Assembly: GCA_963776395.1 (NCBI GenBank)
Contig: CAVZML010000010.1
Coordinates: 35,504-99,503 of the forward strand
Direction: 5' to 3'
Length of the DNA: 64,000 bases
Origin: an uncultured Chloroflexia bacterium
GTDB taxonomy: Bacteria; Chloroflexota; Limnocylindria; Limnocylindrales; CSP1-4
This document shows, piece by piece, positions 62,714 through 64,000 of the stretch. Below the pieces are notes generated by a model, which was not told the DNA's origin, searched no databases, and was given only the letters and a program-made list of their open reading frames with translations. The position numbers were made by a program, and so were the translations under genes. How positions within the stretch are numbered: the first letter of the stretch is position 1; each line of letters begins with the position of its first letter.

Positions 62714-62848
62714 GGCGAGACGAGTGGGGCCACTCGGACGGGCCCGGTCCCGGAACCTGCGATCCGCCCGGCCGATCCTTCGGGACCATCGGCAGGCGAA
62801 GGCAGGCTCCTTCGGGACCACGATCTGCCGTGCAGAAGGAGCAACTCC

Positions 62849-63208
62849 ATGCACGGAACGACACGCGTCCGGCCCGCAACCCACGGAGCCGGCACCGGCA
62901 TCAACGCGGTGGTCTGGATCGAGCCCGGGCGCGCCATCGTCGTGCGCGGGAGCGACGGCGGAGGGTACGCGACCACGGAGCTGCCCGTCCCGCGGGCGAC
63001 GGCGGCCACTCCCCCCGCCCTGGCGGAGGTCGCCCACCGGATCGGCGACGTGGACCGGGTCCTCGTCCTCGGCCACGACGACCTGCGCACCGCTCTCGAG
63101 AGGGAGATCGTGGCGATCGGGCACCGCCCGGAGACGATCCGCGAGGCGGTCATCGAGGGTCCCGTGGACGAGTCCGTCCTCGTCGCACGCCTGCGTCGGC
63201 TGGCCTGA
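62849..63208 (+). CDS. hypothetical protein (119 aa)
   Basis: AAGGAG Shine-Dalgarno 7 nt before the ATG. Natural-looking sequence (INAVVWIEPGRAIVVRG...DRVLVLGHDDLRTALEREIVAIGHRPETIREA). No family recognised with confidence. Confidence 0.6.
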   Translation: MHGTTRVRPATHGAGTGINAVVWIEPGRAIVVRGSDGGGYATTELPVPRATAATPPALAEVAHRIGDVDRVLVLGHDDLRTALEREIVAIGHRPETIREAVIEGPVDESVLVARLRRLA

Positions 63209-63397
63209 CGCCGGATCGGCCAGGGGTCCCAGCGGCGCCGGGCCGTCCGGCAGGGTCCTCGGGCGCCGTTGCCGCACCGCCCCGCGACCGACGGCACTCC
63301 CGGCGACGGCCACGCCGGGGGGAGCATTGGCCCGCGGGCCCTGGAGCGCGCGACCCTGTTGTGCGAACCGGCCGGCAACAGTGAGGTCGCACCTCCG

Positions 63398-63910
63398 ATG
63401 ACGCTCTCCGCCTCCCCGGCGTCCCCCGACCTGATCCATGCCCTGGGCTCGTCCTGGTTCGGAGGAGGCCTCCCCCCCGACACCATCGCCCGCCTCGCGG
63501 GTATCGCCACGATGCGGGCCGTCGAGCCGGGTGACGAGGTCACGCGTGAAGGCCAGCTCACCGAAGCACTGTCGATCGTCGTGTCCGGGCGGGTCGCGCT
63601 GCGCACGCTGGTCCCGGAACGCGGCATGGTGACGATCCTGACGGTGGAAGCCGGGGATGTCGTCGGCTGGTCATCGCTCGTGCCCCCGCACCGCGCCACG
63701 GCCAACGGCATCGCGATCGAACCCGTGACGCTCGTCGAGCTGCCCGGCGAGCGCTTGCGAAACCTGCTCCGATCGGACCCGACCCTGGCCGCTTCGCTGT
63801 ACCCGCGGGTGCTGCAGGCCGTGAGCCGGCGGCTGGCGGCCACGCGCATGCAGCTCCTCGACCTGTTCGCCCGCGAGGAGTGGGGACGGCGGGAAGGCGG
63901 GTCGTGGTGA
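63398..63910 (+). CDS. cyclic-nucleotide-binding-domain protein
   Basis: Sequence VEPGDEVTREGQLTEALSIVVSGRVALR...EAGDVVGWSSLV...ATANGIAIEPVTLVELPGERL. Confidence 0.6.
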   Translation: MTLSASPASPDLIHALGSSWFGGGLPPDTIARLAGIATMRAVEPGDEVTREGQLTEALSIVVSGRVALRTLVPERGMVTILTVEAGDVVGWSSLVPPHRATANGIAIEPVTLVELPGERLRNLLRSDPTLAASLYPRVLQAVSRRLAATRMQLLDLFAREEWGRREGGSW

Positions 63911-64000
63911 CCGACGAGCGCATGCCCTACGCGCCGTACCCGGCGCCAACCGGGACGGCCGTCGCCGCTCCGCCGATCCAGGTGGCGTCGCCCCACGGCA
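63907..64000 (+). CDS. start of an unidentified gene (truncated by the window end)
   Basis: The GTG overlaps the preceding TGA (GTGA). Only 31 codons (VTDERMPYAPYPAPTGTAVAAPPIQVASPHG) are visible. Confidence 0.3.
   Translation, partial: MTDERMPYAPYPAPTGTAVAAPPIQVASPHG

Overview
Family calls below come from motifs I recognise in the translations; no database search was run. This is a very GC-rich window (roughly 70% by eye, not computed) and gene-dense. It looks like a monoderm high-GC bacterium, Actinomycetota- or Chloroflexota-like. The hints are F420-type enzymes, TANNNT -10 boxes, several apparently leaderless genes and GGAGG ribosome-binding sites. Many long arginine-rich ORFs in the track are antisense shadows of real genes and were ignored.

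Content from left to right:
- A YitJ-like homocysteine methyltransferase/MTHFR gene that runs off the left edge.
- A frameshifted DUF885 gene.
- An alpha-glucan (glycogen-like) cluster at 4.8-17.6 kb: a GH13-like 1213-aa enzyme, a GntR regulator with operators, two GH57 enzymes, GlgP and GlgA.
- ACT-domain, LLM and YcaQ genes; the last two are frameshifted.
- A 1.1-kb ORF-poor, repeat-rich stretch.
- An accessory patch around tRNA-Gly(UCC): VapBC, a roughly 1040-aa surface protein with seven repeats, an ECF sigma/anti-sigma pair with an Asp-box propeller, a PIN pseudogene, an integrase remnant, small membrane proteins and duplicated yciI.
- A TasA-like / SipW-type signal peptidase / RTX-repeat locus.
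- A Crp-type regulator.
- An orphan CpaF-type ATPase fused to a RidA domain.
- A CbiM-PDGLE-CbiQ-CbiO Ni/Co importer with a divergent Fur/Nur-like regulator and box.
- Housekeeping genes: a serine hydrolase, FabI, a HAD hydrolase, a P-loop kinase and an M14 carboxypeptidase.
- An amino-acid/omega-amino-acid catabolic operon: P5C dehydrogenase, GabT and CoA-transferases.
- A DosRS-like module: USP, multicopper oxidase, GAF kinase and NarL regulator.
- A cyclic-2,3-diphosphoglycerate-synthetase-like gene and a Zn-dependent alcohol dehydrogenase.

Three themes recur:
- At least five conserved genes are interrupted by frameshifts.
- Almost every long spacer carries its own short tandem or palindromic repeat family.
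- Several domain or locus architectures are unusual: the CpaF-RidA fusion, the TasA/SipW/RTX locus, and a frame-inconsistent N-terminus of the giant surface protein.

No rRNA, CRISPR array or intact mobile element was seen.
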